64,000 nt of DNA from Podarcis pityusensis (lineage: Eukaryota), in the NCBI GenBank assembly GCA_964106645.2, contig OZ067041.1; one strand, given 5' to 3'. The translations under genes and the position numbers were made by a program. The stretch's first letter is position 1, and every line of letters begins with the position of its first letter. Shown piece by piece: positions 62,259-64,000 of this stretch. The notes under the pieces were generated by a model. It searched no databases. It was given only the letters and a program-made list of their open reading frames with translations, and was not told the DNA's origin.

Positions 62259-64000
62259 GTAATAATAATAAAAAATTACTATTGTTGGGAGAGCTGTAGC
62301 ATAACACTGTGCTTGAAATAACTTAGCGAGTCTGCCTTTCTTCTGGAGCAGCAATATTTCAGAGGACAAAGAGGAGTGAAATGCAGGAAGAGTAATGGAA
62401 CAGGTAGGTTGCCAGGTGAATTATTGGCAATGCAGGAAAGAAGCAGAGAAGAGGAATGGACACAGGCTGAGTAGCACAGGCCTGCTGTCTTGCTTATTTT
62501 GGACAGACATTATTTCCAACAGGGAGCATCTGTGCTATGAGAATCTTACAGAAGAGACAGAAAAGAACATGTCAGGACCTACGTTAAGTAGAGAACTTGT
62601 ACCAAAGACTATTATTTTATTTTTATTTTATTTTTAAAAGAAATGTTTCCTATACAATTTCTGAAGGTACAAGGAAACCAGAGCCAAACATACAGTTGGT
62701 TTTTTAATGCACCAGAAGCTCTTCACTTTAAGTGTGCAAAACTCAATTTCAGTCTCTTTGAAGCATCTTAATGCAGCAGTTTTAATACAGCTTTTAATGG
62801 TGAGAAGAAGCCACCCTAATTGCTTAGGGAGGGCAGAAATCTTTTTAAAACAACAGCAACTAAAGTAACAGGTTAAAATACAAATTTTAATCAAATTAAA
62901 GTACAGGTAACTCTTCATTTACCTGGGTGTTACATTCCAAGGCACTGCACAATTAAGTGAAATTGCATTTATTGCAAACACCATTGAAAAAGCCTGAAAA
63001 CACTCTCTAAACCGCTGGAAACCCTTAAAAAAAACCCTTTAAAAACCAAAAAGCCACCAAACACCTACCACAATAGCTCCCTCCAAACCTTCTTGCTCAA
63101 ACTCCAACTCTCCACAGGCCTCAAAGGTTGGTAAAAAGGCTCATGGGATTGCTAGGCCCTATATTTTTGCCATTTTTGCACTCTCTTACGGCCACTTTTG
63201 CCCTTTTTATGTCACTTCTAGGTTTGTGGTGATGCACAGTTGCACATGCCTCAAATGTTTATAAATGTGGGGTTGCCTGTATGCAATACTCAGATTAGCC
63301 CTCATTGCCAAAAGCTAGCCCACTTACATTTTTTGTGGGAAATCCTAAGATTTCAATGAGTTTCCAGAACTTTTTTGTGTAGCTGCTGTTACCATCCAGT
63401 GGGCCCCACAAATGCCAGGCTACTACATTGCCCAGTGGCCTGGCAATGATGTCCAACACAAGCTGGGATGTGTATTCCAAACAGGCACATGGGCTAGTGC
63501 ATCCTACTGTATCATCTTGGATAAGAATCATTCATCTTTCTAGTTTACATTGGGTTTTTTGTTCATACAATTAAACATTTTTGCTTTTATCTGATTGGAG
63601 GCATAATATTCAGAAAGAGCTAATTAATAGCTGATTTTCTCTCATGAAACAAACCATTTTATGTAGCTGAATTTTTTGGGGCCCAAAGTGAAGGCCAACT
63701 GTTAAAAATTTTAATTTGTCAACAGAAAATAAACAGAATATAAAGTGTGGCATTCACCTCCAGTCTCCAGTGTAAGCTAATACTCCAGTAAATTTGCTGC
63801 CTTGTTTGTATGTGCAGCTTACTTAAGAGTAAATTCTACTTAACTTGGTGGAACCTACTTCAGAGTAAGTATGCGAAAGTAGAAAACTGTGCTGCAGATC
63901 ATATATGTACAAATATGTACATTAATCTTGTAACAAATTACCAGTGTTTTTAATGATTTGCAATCATTACCGTGAATAAACTAAGATTACCGGTAATTAT

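Noticed and set aside
63295-63531. Possible ancient L1 Cys/His-domain remnant (WHLWG...KKFWKLI)
   Set aside because: Resemblance too weak to call without alignment
1-64000. CRISPR array or prokaryotic operon-like system
   Set aside because: Vertebrate DNA with no repeat-spacer array; repeats are dispersed TEs, doublets or microsatellites

Overview
Vertebrate genomic DNA from a squamate reptile, most likely a lacertid lizard. This is inferred from Sauria SINEs, BovB/RTE, CR1, L2, L1 and lizard-type hAT/Tc1 MITEs. No host protein-coding exon could be identified with confidence. A CpG island at ~7.05-8.5 kb holds a TATA box and an ATG-less candidate first exon ending in a good donor (CAG|GTAGGT, 7515/7516). 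Most of the window therefore looks like the long, repeat-rich first intron of an unidentified + strand gene, with two possible alternative 5' exons. The only long ORF is the ORF2 (reverse transcriptase) of a young, 5'-truncated L1 at 51.5-54.6 kb. The most notable structure is a family of small, TSD-flanked foldback elements (4178-4395, 4710-4954, 61802-62066) that look like Penelope-like retroelement pLTR ends. The two young copies are perfect 91-bp and 96-bp inverted repeats, and each arm carries a minimal type I hammerhead ribozyme motif. Other points of interest: a DNA element family that appears to have captured an L2 3' end, SINEs with different tRNA heads on one CR1 tail, a 37-bp TSD, and several nested insertions. 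Repeat family names were assigned by eye, without database searches.
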